Shown here: positions 30,805 through 40,233 of the stretch, one piece after another | How positions within the stretch are numbered: position 1 is the stretch's first letter | How the letters are laid out: each line of letters begins with the position of its first letter | NCBI GenBank assembly: GCA_965198115.1 | Contig: OZ240241.1 | Coordinates: 4,640,001-4,704,000, forward strand | Direction of reading: 5' to 3' | Source: Candidatus Latescibacterota bacterium | GTDB lineage: Bacteria; Latescibacterota; UBA2968 | Length of the DNA stretch: 64,000 nt | Translations under genes and position numbers: made by a program | The notes under the pieces: model-generated | Databases searched by the model: none | What the model was told of the DNA's origin: nothing | The model's input: only the letters and a program-made list of their open reading frames with translations

Positions 30805-32745
30805 ATGAGCACACCCGACCTCTCCCTCCCGATCGTCGCACGCCTCTACCGCTACCGCAACATCCAGAGCGTGTTCCCCTTGCCCGACTGGGGCACCCTC
30901 GCCCAGTGGAAGCGCAAACGACAGCAGATTCGACAGCACCTATGGCTCACCACGGGGCTGAACGATCGCACGACTGCGTTCAGGGCAAAGGGACGCGTCA
31001 TCAAGACGTTCGAGCACCAGGGGATCGACATCGAGAACATCCGTGTCGAGACGTTGCCCGGACTCTATGTCATGGGCAACCTCTACCGTCCGAAGAACCC
31101 GAGTGGCAAACTCCCCCTTGTGCTGCATCCCCACGGCCACGGGATGCATTCGAGAACAGAGCCACTCGGTCACGGATCGGTCCCTCACCGCGCAATGAAC
31201 CACGCGTTCCACGGATTCGCGGCCTTTGCCTGGTCGATGATCGCCCACGCGAACGACGCCATGCAGATTGCCCATCGCGCGCTCCTCACCGGCAATGAGA
31301 AACGCGTCTGCAACCTTCTCGGGCTGAGCGTGTTCGGCCTCCAGACGAATAACAGTATGAAAGTGCTCGACTATCTCCTCACTCGAAGGGACATCGATGC
31401 CCGTCGGGTCGGTTGCACGGGCGAGTCCGGTGGAGCCACGCAGACCTATTTTCTCGCAGCGCTCGACGATCGTATCAAAGTCGCCGCCCCGGCGGTGATG
31501 CTCTCTGGCCATTTCCAGGGTGGCTGTGTCTGCGAAAACACACCGTTGCTCCACCTCGACTACAGCACCGTCGACTACGCTGCCCTGATTGCGCCTCGCC
31601 CTCTGTTCCTGACCGGCTGTACCGGCGACTGGACGCACCACATGAAGGAACGAGAACTGAAGAGTCTCCAAGAACTCTATGCGCTTTACGGGAAGGATGA
31701 GCTGATCGACGGTTTCTACCAGGACGAGGCCCATAACTATGATCGGCGGTCTCGTGAGCACGTACTGGCGTGGATGACACGCCATCTCGTCGATCCGTCG
31801 TTCTCTCGACGCCGCGTACCCGAATCGAAGAAACCCATTCCGACACGCGAGCAGCTTCTCGTTCACGACACGCCGGTTCCGCCCGTTTCAAACGCAGTCA
31901 CATCGCAAAAAGCCCTGATCGAAATGTGGCGAGATCTTCACCTGCGACCCGATCGAGAGCACAACATCACCGATATCCTCGGTCTCACGATGCCGACAAA
32001 AGACGACTTGCTCGTTCGGAATCAGACACCAGCATACGCCTGGTCGGGTGGTAAGCTTGCCGACAACCACTTCACCTACGGTCGCTTCAGCGAAGAAAGC
32101 GGGCTGACCTGTCGCTTCGTCCTTCCTCAAAAAGGGAAGAAGACACTTCTCGTCCTCCGAGCGTGGAAAAGCGAAAACGCCTACAGTCGATTCATCGCTC
32201 GACCGCCATCCAGCCTTCAGAGAGTGATCGACAAAGGGTATGGGGTTGTCGTTCCGCTCCTTTTCGGCCAACAGTCTCCGGAAGTCGTCAAAGCCTATCG
32301 CGAGCAGGTCGAGAACAGCTACCTTGCGACCTCCTACAACCGAACCACCCATCAGTACCTGGCCGGCGACATTCTCACGACAGCTGCACTCATCGAGCGC
32401 GATCTCGGCATCCCACCCAAGAACGTCATCCTCGTCGCTGAACGGGACATTGCCCTCGTGTCCTTAGTCGGTTGGTCCGCCATCGCCGGCGCGACAAAAT
32501 CAGGGCCCATTGTCGCCGACCTGCACGGAATCGACCCGGCGAATCCATCACACTGGGCGCGCCACGCCTACTTTCCCCTCATCCTGCGTGGCGAAGGCGT
32601 CCCCGATCTTGCGCGGCTTTGGAAAGGACGACGCGGTGACCTCAGTGGTCTTTCAGGTCGGAGTCGCCGTCTCTTCCCATCGACCATCAAAACGCGTTTG
32701 GCGCCGCGCAGCCTCGATCAGCTCATCAACGCGGCGATCCGATAG
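30805..32745 (+). CDS. Alpha/beta hydrolase (acetylxylan esterase-like) with degenerate second domain
   Basis: LHPHGH, GCTGESGGATQT nucleophile elbow, GGCVCEN, IAPRPL, HNYD. Confidence 0.75.
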   Translation: MSTPDLSLPIVARLYRYRNIQSVFPLPDWGTLAQWKRKRQQIRQHLWLTTGLNDRTTAFRAKGRVIKTFEHQGIDIENIRVETLPGLYVMGNLYRPKNPSGKLPLVLHPHGHGMHSRTEPLGHGSVPHRAMNHAFHGFAAFAWSMIAHANDAMQIAHRALLTGNEKRVCNLLGLSVFGLQTNNSMKVLDYLLTRRDIDARRVGCTGESGGATQTYFLAALDDRIKVAAPAVMLSGHFQGGCVCENTPLLHLDYSTVDYAALIAPRPLFLTGCTGDWTHHMKERELKSLQELYALYGKDELIDGFYQDEAHNYDRRSREHVLAWMTRHLVDPSFSRRRVPESKKPIPTREQLLVHDTPVPPVSNAVTSQKALIEMWRDLHLRPDREHNITDILGLTMPTKDDLLVRNQTPAYAWSGGKLADNHFTYGRFSEESGLTCRFVLPQKGKKTLLVLRAWKSENAYSRFIARPPSSLQRVIDKGYGVVVPLLFGQQSPEVVKAYREQVENSYLATSYNRTTHQYLAGDILTTAALIERDLGIPPKNVILVAERDIALVSLVGWSAIAGATKSGPIVADLHGIDPANPSHWARHAYFPLILRGEGVPDLARLWKGRRGDLSGLSGRSRRLFPSTIKTRLAPRSLDQLINAAIR

Positions 32746-32795
32746 CTCAGCAATGCCTGCGGCAATGGGAAGAATGCTGTTCGACCTCGCGCACC

Positions 32796-32820
32796 GTCAC
32801 ACTGAGCGGGAGTCGAAGTG
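32796..32820. repeat. Half-copy of the GTCAxxCTGAGCGxAGTCGAAG REP family
   Basis: GTCACACTGAGCGGGAGTCGAAGTG; nearly matches the reverse complement of 62268-62291. Confidence 0.65.
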
Positions 32821-32881
32821 TCGGTCATTGCCGTTGTCCCTTCAGATATGATCGGAGCTCGGATATCATCAACGCGATGCC

Positions 32882-32918
32882 TTTAACGCTTGTCGTTAAA
32901 CGTGAATCGCTATATCTT
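32882..32918 (+). promoter_or_regulatory. higBA promoter with putative HigA operator
   Basis: TTTAACG-N5-CGTTAAA palindrome overlapping TTGTCG-17 nt-TATCTT; GTG start 5 nt after the -10 box (leaderless). Confidence 0.65.
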
Positions 32919-32923
32919 GAAAA

Positions 32924-33205
32924 GTGATCAGGTCATTCCGCAACAGGGAAACTCGGCAGCTGTTCGATCGTCAGACAACGCGCAGACTGCCGCAAGCAAT
33001 TCACCGAACAGCATTCCGAAAATTACGAATGATCCATCGGTCGACTACTCTGGACGATCTTAGAATACCGCCTGGAAACCGACTGGAAAAACTTCGGGGA
33101 GATAGGTCGAATCAGCATAGTATTCGCATCAATGATCAGTGGCGGATCTGCTTTCGATGGGACGGCAAAGATGCTTACGACGTCGAAATCGTAGATTACC
33201 ACTAG
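32924..33205 (+). CDS. higB: HigB/RelE-family toxin
   Basis: MIRSFR, DLRIPPGNRLEKLRGDR..QHSIRINDQWRICFRW...VEIVDYH. Confidence 0.95.
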   Translation: MIRSFRNRETRQLFDRQTTRRLPQAIHRTAFRKLRMIHRSTTLDDLRIPPGNRLEKLRGDRSNQHSIRINDQWRICFRWDGKDAYDVEIVDYH

Positions 33206-33216
33206 AGGATAACGCA

Positions 33217-33510
33217 ATGGCAAAACTCAAACCGCTTCATCCTGGCGAAGTTCTACTCGAGGAATTCCTCAAGCCTATGGAACTGAGCCAGAACCGTCTC
33301 GCGCTCTCTGTGAGCGTTCCTGCGCGTCGCATCAACGAAATCGTCCTTGGTAAGCGAGGCGTGACAGCTGATACGGCGCTGAGACTGGCACGATACTTCG
33401 GCATGTCAGCACAATTCTGGCTGGGACTACAGATGGACTATGAGCTGGACAGGGCAGAAGATCACCTAGCGAAGCGATTGGATAGGGAGGTGCGACCCTA
33501 CAGGGAATAG
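33217..33510 (+). CDS. higA: HigA antitoxin (HTH)
   Basis: HPGEVLLEEFL, RRINEIVLGKR.VTADTALRLARYFG.SAQFWLGLQ. Confidence 0.95.
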   Translation: MAKLKPLHPGEVLLEEFLKPMELSQNRLALSVSVPARRINEIVLGKRGVTADTALRLARYFGMSAQFWLGLQMDYELDRAEDHLAKRLDREVRPYRE

Positions 33511-33615
33511 CTACCCCTTTTCGGATCTCGGCTATCAACCGAATCGATATCCGAAATCCGATTGACGAAATCTGAGGTTAGAGATGGCAACACGTCACAC
33601 GGCAAGGAAACGCGA

Positions 33616-35181
33616 ATGATACCCGCACACACCTTCTCGAGCGCTCTCCCCTTGATGGTCGGCTGGATCGAGCCCGACGGCTCAAAAGACCCGGCCGGAG
33701 GAGGTGAGCACAAGCTTGGCGCTACGACTGTCGGCGGCCGTTCCGTCGATGTCCCCGAGTGTCGTGTCTGGTATGTGGAGCCTCGTCACGGGATGGACGG
33801 TTGGTCGTGGGACGACGTCATTGAAGAGGTCGGCCGGCAAAAGATCCCCGGTCTATCCGTCGGGCAACAGATCGATGACGCCACACTGGCAAGGCTCGGT
33901 GCGCTGGATCACCTCCACTATCTCGATCTTTCAGGCTGCGCGGATATCACCGATAGCGCTCTCCTCGAGCTCTCCAGCCTGGTCAACCTGAAGCGTCTCC
34001 ATCTCGTCAACTGCAAGCAGATCACGGACATCGGTCTATCCGTCCTGCTGTCTTTTCCAAATCTCTGTGTGGTCCGTCTGGATCGCATGTCCGGCATCTC
34101 CGATGCCGGTGTCGCCAACCTTGCCGACCACACGGATCTACAGATGGTCACGATGCACAACGCGAACGTTGGAGACGGCGCAATCCGGGCGCTCGCCGGA
34201 AAACCCTCCCTCACCCACTTTGCTCCTGGCAGTCTCACGACCGACGACGGGCTTGCCACACTCCCGGAATACCCGGCGCTTGCAGAGTGGAGTGACGGCC
34301 GACAGACCTTTCAGAACAACGAATACGGCCCGCCTGTTCCTTCGTGTTTATCGTTCGATCTGAGAGGCGGTATGCCTATCACGGATGCCGGGCTCGTCCA
34401 TCTCACCCAGTTCCAGGGTGTCTTCGAGATGGGACTTGCGCACCAATTGCCCGAAAGCACCGTCTCGGGCGTGGGCGCGGAACACATCGCGAAGATGGCA
34501 AACGTGCGAATCCTTCGATGGGCCGAAAAGGTCTGCGACAGTGAGACCCTCACCCACATCGGCACGATGGAATCGCTGCGCGACCTCATATGCTTTAACG
34601 CCACGGCCGACGACGAAGGCTTCACTGCACTCTCGGGATGTGACTCGCTCGAATACATCCTCACTCAACGATGCGACTTCATCACCCAGCCCACAGTCGA
34701 AGGGTTCTCACGCCTCCCCAATCTCACGCGTCTCAACGTCGGCGGGGAACGTCTCGACGACGACAGCCTGGAGCCGCTGTCTCGCTACCCCTGCCTCGAA
34801 GAATTCTGGCCCACGTTCTACGGAGATGCAGCCTACCGTCACGTCGGCCAGGTCAAGGGTCTCAAACGTCTCGTCAACATGTATTGCAAAGAAACGGGCG
34901 ATCCGGCGACAGAGCACATCAGCGGCCTTACCCAACTCCAGAAGTACCACGTCTGGGGCACGGAGATCACGGATCGTAGTTTGGAACTGATGAGTCAGAT
35001 GGACGCGCTCGAAAGCGTCCTGTTCTGGAACTGTCCGGGCATCACCGACGACGGGCTCTCACGCCTGACACGGCTTCCCCAGCTCTACACTCTCGATCTT
35101 CAACAGTGTGCGGGGCTGACACCTCGATGCGTCGAAGGCTTTCGTGCGGATGTGAGAGTCAACTTCCAGCCCTCGAATTAA
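33616..35181 (+). CDS. Leucine-rich repeat protein (cysteine-containing LRR type)
   Basis: Repeated LxxLxLxxCxxITDxGLxxL units. Confidence 0.85.
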   Translation: MIPAHTFSSALPLMVGWIEPDGSKDPAGGGEHKLGATTVGGRSVDVPECRVWYVEPRHGMDGWSWDDVIEEVGRQKIPGLSVGQQIDDATLARLGALDHLHYLDLSGCADITDSALLELSSLVNLKRLHLVNCKQITDIGLSVLLSFPNLCVVRLDRMSGISDAGVANLADHTDLQMVTMHNANVGDGAIRALAGKPSLTHFAPGSLTTDDGLATLPEYPALAEWSDGRQTFQNNEYGPPVPSCLSFDLRGGMPITDAGLVHLTQFQGVFEMGLAHQLPESTVSGVGAEHIAKMANVRILRWAEKVCDSETLTHIGTMESLRDLICFNATADDEGFTALSGCDSLEYILTQRCDFITQPTVEGFSRLPNLTRLNVGGERLDDDSLEPLSRYPCLEEFWPTFYGDAAYRHVGQVKGLKRLVNMYCKETGDPATEHISGLTQLQKYHVWGTEITDRSLELMSQMDALESVLFWNCPGITDDGLSRLTRLPQLYTLDLQQCAGLTPRCVEGFRADVRVNFQPSN

Positions 35182-35260
35182 GATCCAGGCAACCTGTCTG
35201 AAACCCAGCACCCTGACCTCCGGTCGAACGACCACGCCTAATCTTCCTGACGGAGGTTGG

Positions 35261-36092
35261 ATGTCCAATCCGCTATTCGACACACCTTCTATCGACGTCT
35301 CGCCACTTGAATTTCTCGAGTCGGCGGGACAGATCACGCGCACGTTCGGCTTGCACACGCAGGACTCGGGCAACGATTCCTATATCATTGCCATCCACGA
35401 CGAGAGCTACTTCGTCAAAACAGCTGGCGATCCCGCCTATTCCGATCCGCTGAGACCGTTCGACGGGCGCGTGAAGTTACTCCGCAACACAGTCCGATTG
35501 CGCCAGAGCTGCGACCATCCGAATCTCCCCATCCTCCACAACACCATCGAATCGCCGAGGGGTCCGCTGCTTGTCTACGAATGCGTGGAGGGTGACCTGC
35601 TGAGCAGTTCCAAAACAGACCCGACTTCCCTACAATCGTTTCCGTTCGATGCCAGTTGAGAGGATTCTCCGTGCTCTCGATTCGATCTACGACACGCACG
35701 TGGCCCTCTCCGAACGTAATTGGGTGATGGTCGACTTCTACGACGGCGCTGTCATCTACGACTTCCCGACCGAGGACATTCACCTCATCGATCTCGATAT
35801 GTATCACCAGGGTCCATTGACGAACACGCTCGGACGTTGGTGGGGATCTTCACGATTTATGGCCCCGGAGGAGTTCGAAAAGGGCGCCGTCCTCAATGAC
35901 CGTACGTCTGTGTTTACACTCGGGAAGAGTGCCGCCGTCTTCCTATCCGACACGACTCTCACCCGATCCCCCTTCCGCGCATCAGATGCTCTCTTCGACG
36001 TTGTGACGCACGCTTGCCAGCAAAACCCGTCTGATCGCTATCCCTCCGTCACCGCCTTCCACGAAGCCTGGCTCGACGCGCGAGGAGCTTGA
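35261..36092 (+). CDS. Ser/Thr protein kinase-like protein, frameshift near 35620-35650
   Basis: YFVKTAG, HPNLP.L; DFYDG, LIDLD, GSSRFMAPEE, VFTLG, DRYPSV. Confidence 0.8.
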
Positions 36093-36154
36093 CCTGCGAA
36101 GGTTTGGGTGCCGATCTTGAGCGTTCCGGAATCCCACTTTTCGCGGAGCGATCT

Positions 36155-36901
36155 ATGTCAGCCCCTCTGTTCGAGAACCGCACGGCGGTCGTTACTGGTG
36201 GAAGCCGAGGCATCGGGCGATCCATCTGCATCATGCTGGCCGAGGACGGTGCCAGAGTCGTCATCAACTATCGCGAGAACGAGGCGGCTGCGCAGGAAAC
36301 CCTGTCGATGGTCGAAGCAGTCGGCGCGGAGGGGTTGCCCGTACGCGCGGACGTTTCCCAGGAAACCGAAGTCGCACGCATGATAGACGAGGTTCGCGGC
36401 CGCTTCGGCCCCGTCGACCTCCTCGTCAACAACGCAGCTATAGCAGCCAGCGAACATCACACGGCGTTCGGTTTCGACACGTGGCAGCGCATGTTTCAGA
36501 TCAACGTTGATGGGCCGTTCCTGACCACCTGGGCTGTCAAAGACGGAATGCTCGAGCGCAAATTCGGGCGAATCGTCAACATCGCCTCTCTCGCCGGCAT
36601 TGCGATCAAAAAGGAAATGATTCACTACGCGACGACCAAGGCCGCCGTCATGTCGTTCACGCGGCATTGCGCGGAGGCTTTCGCCCCTCACGTACGCGTC
36701 AATTGTGTGGCGCCCGGTTTGACGGACACGGAACTCGCCCGCTCTGCCAACCCGGACATGGTGGAACAACTCATCGCGGCCACTCCGATGGGCAGAATGG
36801 CGCAACCTTCAGAAATGGCTTCCGCCGTTCGCTTTCTCCTGTCGGAGGAGTCGAGCTACATCACCGGCCAGACGATCTCCGCGTGCGGGGGAAGAACCTA
36901 G
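36155..36901 (+). CDS. Short-chain dehydrogenase/reductase (FabG-like)
   Basis: TGGSRGIG, NNAA, YATTK, VNCVAPG. Confidence 0.93.
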   Translation: MSAPLFENRTAVVTGGSRGIGRSICIMLAEDGARVVINYRENEAAAQETLSMVEAVGAEGLPVRADVSQETEVARMIDEVRGRFGPVDLLVNNAAIAASEHHTAFGFDTWQRMFQINVDGPFLTTWAVKDGMLERKFGRIVNIASLAGIAIKKEMIHYATTKAAVMSFTRHCAEAFAPHVRVNCVAPGLTDTELARSANPDMVEQLIAATPMGRMAQPSEMASAVRFLLSEESSYITGQTISACGGRT

Positions 36902-36937
36902 TCGGACCTTTTCGATTACCTGACCCAATCCCCTATG

Positions 36938-36965
36938 CGAGGGACGGTTCGCGAACCGTCCTTAC
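36938..36965. repeat. GTAG-like REP palindrome
   Basis: GAGGGACGGTTCGCGAACCGTCCTTAC. Confidence 0.6.
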
Positions 36966-36986
36966 GATGATCTGATCCAGGAGAAA

Positions 36987-38369
36987 ATGGCCATCGACCA
37001 AGATCTCTTCGAAGCCTACCGAGCCTCTCGCCCCAAGGCAGCCGCTTTGTTCGCTCGCGCAGAGAAATCGCTCGGCGGGGGCGTCGGCCACGACCTTCGC
37101 CACGCCACGCCCGTTCCTCTCTACATCGAGCGGGGCGAAGGGGGGCGGAAGTGGGACATCGACGGGCACGAGTACATCGACTTCCTGCTCGGGAACGGTG
37201 CGCTTCTGCTCGGGCACGCACCGCCTGCCGTCGTCGAAGCCATCGCTTCGGTCGCGGGCGACGGCACGCACTTTGGCAACGATCATCCCTTGCAAATCGA
37301 GTGGGCAGAGCGTGTCCAGGAGCTCGTTCCGTCCGCCGAGCGTGTGCGCTTCGTGAATTCAGGCACGGAGGCGACACTCCTGGCCCTCCGGCTCGCACGC
37401 GCCTTCACGGGTCGTACCAAGATCATCCGGTTCGAGGGTCACTTTCACGGTTGGCACGACGATTTGGTCCACGGTTACCAGCCGCCCTTCGACGCCGAGG
37501 GCTCGCTCGGAATCCCACTCGAGGTACGAAACCATACGGTCCTCGTGCCGGATGGGGACCTGATGGCTGTCGAACAGGCGTTGGATCGTGACCCGGACAT
37601 CGCCGGTGCCATCCTTGAGCCGTCCGGTGCTTCGTGGGGACGGGTTCCTATCGATCCTGAATTCCTGAAGGGGTTGAGGGAGCTGACGACCCGAAGAAAT
37701 GTCGTGCTCATCTTCGACGAAGTGGTAACCGGCTTTCGTTACAGCCCGGGTGGCGCTCAACAGTTCTATAACGTCGTACCAGACCTCTCTTGTTTCGCGA
37801 AGATCCTGACCGGAGGCATGCCTGGCGGCGCCGTCGTCGGTCGACAGGATGTGATGGCCTTGTTCGACTACACCGGTGATCCCCAGCACGACCGCTTCGG
37901 TCGGGTCGTGCATTTGGGCACCTTCAATGCGTCCCCCCTCACGGCAGCCGCCGGCATCGCGCTCCTCAAGCAGGTCGCCACGGGACAACCGATCGCAAAA
38001 GCGAATGCCGCGGCAGAAAAGCTTAGATCATCCTTCGACCAGGTCCTCGTCACCCACAACATCGCGGGTTACGTCTACGGCGTCTCCTCGACCTTCCACG
38101 TCTACTTTGAAACGGACACCGACCGGATACGAGCTGCTTCGACACGCGAAGACCTGAAAACGAAGGAACCGAAACGGCTGAAAGGGATGCCGGGGGACCT
38201 GATCGACGAGTATCAACGACATCTGCGGTTTCACGGCGTGGACATCATGAGCTCCACCGGGGGCGCCCTCTCATCCGCTCACGACGATCGGGACATCAGA
38301 GATGCGACGGCAGCGTTCGAGAAAACCGTTCTCGCGCTTCGCGACAGCGGCCTGATCCACACACTCTGA
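36987..38369 (+). CDS. Class III PLP aminotransferase (glutamate-1-semialdehyde aminomutase-like)
   Basis: WDIDGHEYIDF, FVNSGTEAT, FEGHFHG, IFDEVVTGFR, FAKILTGG, GTFNA. Confidence 0.9.
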   Translation: MAIDQDLFEAYRASRPKAAALFARAEKSLGGGVGHDLRHATPVPLYIERGEGGRKWDIDGHEYIDFLLGNGALLLGHAPPAVVEAIASVAGDGTHFGNDHPLQIEWAERVQELVPSAERVRFVNSGTEATLLALRLARAFTGRTKIIRFEGHFHGWHDDLVHGYQPPFDAEGSLGIPLEVRNHTVLVPDGDLMAVEQALDRDPDIAGAILEPSGASWGRVPIDPEFLKGLRELTTRRNVVLIFDEVVTGFRYSPGGAQQFYNVVPDLSCFAKILTGGMPGGAVVGRQDVMALFDYTGDPQHDRFGRVVHLGTFNASPLTAAAGIALLKQVATGQPIAKANAAAEKLRSSFDQVLVTHNIAGYVYGVSSTFHVYFETDTDRIRAASTREDLKTKEPKRLKGMPGDLIDEYQRHLRFHGVDIMSSTGGALSSAHDDRDIRDATAAFEKTVLALRDSGLIHTL

Positions 38370-38408
38370 TCACTGGGTTTTCCTGAATACCGAACACCGT
38401 TTTTTCCC

Positions 38409-39830
38409 ATGTCAAACACCGAACTCTGCTACCTGACCGCGACCGAACTTGCGCTGCGTATACGCGAAAAAGACGTCTCCGCCCGCGAGGTCCTCGATGC
38501 CCACCTCACCCAGATCGATCGGATCAATCCAAAGGTCAACGCGATCGTCAGCATGGTTCCCGATCGGGCAAAGACGGCAGCAGCAGCAGCTGACGAGGCC
38601 CTCGCTCGAGGCGACACGATCGGCGCCCTGCACGGCCTGCCCATCGCGCACAAGGACCTCGTCGACACGGAAGGCATCCCATCGACACAGGGCTCGCTCA
38701 TCTACGCCGACCACGTGCCCGAAGCGGATGCGCTCATCGTCGAACGCATCAAGGGAGCGGGCGCCATCACCCTCGGTAAGACCAACGTCCCCGAATTCGG
38801 AGCCGGCTCGCAGACCTTCAACCAGGTCTTCGGCGAAACGTTGAACCCCTACGACCTGAGCCGCACGTGTGGGGGAAGCAGCGGGGGCGCCGGGGCTGCC
38901 CTGGCTTGTCGCATGCTCCCCATCGCCGACGGTAGCGACCTCGGTGGTTCGCTTCGCAATCCGGGCAACTTCAACAACATTGTCGGATTTCGCGTCAGTC
39001 CGGGTCGCGTCCCGGGCTATCCAAACGGCATCGGATGGTTTCCTCTCTCGGTCCAGGGACCTATGGCGCGTACCGTCGACGACACCGCGCTCCTTCTCAG
39101 CGCCATCGCAGGTTTCGATCGGCGCTCCCCCCTCGCCATCGCCGAACCGGGTAAGCGGTTTCTCCAGTCTCTCGACCGAGACTTCACTGGCTGTCGCATC
39201 GCGTGGAGCCGTGACCTCAACGGCCTGCCCGTCGACCCGCGAGTCACCGACGTCCTCGAAGCCAAGCGCCACATCTTCAGCGATCTCGGCTGCGTCGTCG
39301 AAGATGCAGAACCGGACTTCACCGGTGCCGACGAAGCGTTCAAAGCAATGCGGGCGTGGCGGTTCGAGGTCGCCCAGCGTGACCATCTCGAGCATCACAG
39401 GGACAAAGTCAAAGACACCGTTATCTGGAATGCGGAAGCGGGACAGAAACTCACGGGCCCGGAACTGGCCACAGCCGAGCAGAAAAGGACTGAACTCTAC
39501 CATTGCTTCCGCGTGTTCCTGGAGGACTACGATTTCCTCGTCTGCCCCGTCAACCAGGTCCCCCCGTTCGACATCAAGAAACCCTACATCACCGAAATCA
39601 ACGGGGTGCAGATGGAGACCTACATCGACTGGATGAAATCGTGCTACTACATCACGGTCACATGTCATCCAGCCATCTCCGTCCCTTGCGGCTTCACACC
39701 TGAGGGCCTGCCCGTCGGTATCCAGATCGTCGGCCGCTACCAGGACGATTTCGGTGTGCTGCAGATGGCCAGGGGGTTCGAGTCGGCCACAGAGACCTGG
39801 AAACGTCTGCCGCCTGTGTTGGAAAAGTAG
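38409..39830 (+). CDS. Amidase signature family protein
   Basis: GLPIAHKD, GGSSGG, GSDLGGSLRNP. Confidence 0.93.
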   Translation: MSNTELCYLTATELALRIREKDVSAREVLDAHLTQIDRINPKVNAIVSMVPDRAKTAAAAADEALARGDTIGALHGLPIAHKDLVDTEGIPSTQGSLIYADHVPEADALIVERIKGAGAITLGKTNVPEFGAGSQTFNQVFGETLNPYDLSRTCGGSSGGAGAALACRMLPIADGSDLGGSLRNPGNFNNIVGFRVSPGRVPGYPNGIGWFPLSVQGPMARTVDDTALLLSAIAGFDRRSPLAIAEPGKRFLQSLDRDFTGCRIAWSRDLNGLPVDPRVTDVLEAKRHIFSDLGCVVEDAEPDFTGADEAFKAMRAWRFEVAQRDHLEHHRDKVKDTVIWNAEAGQKLTGPELATAEQKRTELYHCFRVFLEDYDFLVCPVNQVPPFDIKKPYITEINGVQMETYIDWMKSCYYITVTCHPAISVPCGFTPEGLPVGIQIVGRYQDDFGVLQMARGFESATETWKRLPPVLEK

Positions 39831-39866
39831 AGGCTGGGCACCCGACCTGAGGATCGCGTCCCTCTT

Positions 39867-40119
39867 TTGAGCGCACCCACACACATCACCTTATCGGACG
39901 AGCGGAAGCAGCGCATTCTCACCGGGCTTGCAAGACTTTACCGTGAGGATTTCGACGAGAATCTCAGTCCGTACCAGGTCAAACGTATTTTGGATTTCTT
40001 CGTCAAGTCCCTCGGCGCACCGGTCTACAACCAGGCAAATCGCCGACGCGAGAGCGTTTGTCGCTCGAAAGATGGAAGACCTCGACGCAGAGTTTTACGA
40101 ACCTGAAGACGAGTCGTGA
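39867..40119 (+). CDS. DUF2164 family protein, frameshift near 40038
   Basis: ILDFFVKSLGAPVYNQA then IADARAFVARKMEDL in the next frame. Confidence 0.75.
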
Positions 40120-40233
40120 TCGTCCAGACCACTGAAGTTCTTCTGTTTCCGATCCTGCGTCCTTCCCGGCCACTCCCTTCCGAGCTATCTTGATGCTTCA
40201 TTCGATCACCGATCTTCCATTCGGAGTACTGAA

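Noticed and set aside
38412-39884. Long antisense ORFs (also 43367..44608, 13441..14526, 8863..9798)
   Set aside because: Shadow frames of well-supported GC-rich genes, with no recognisable motifs
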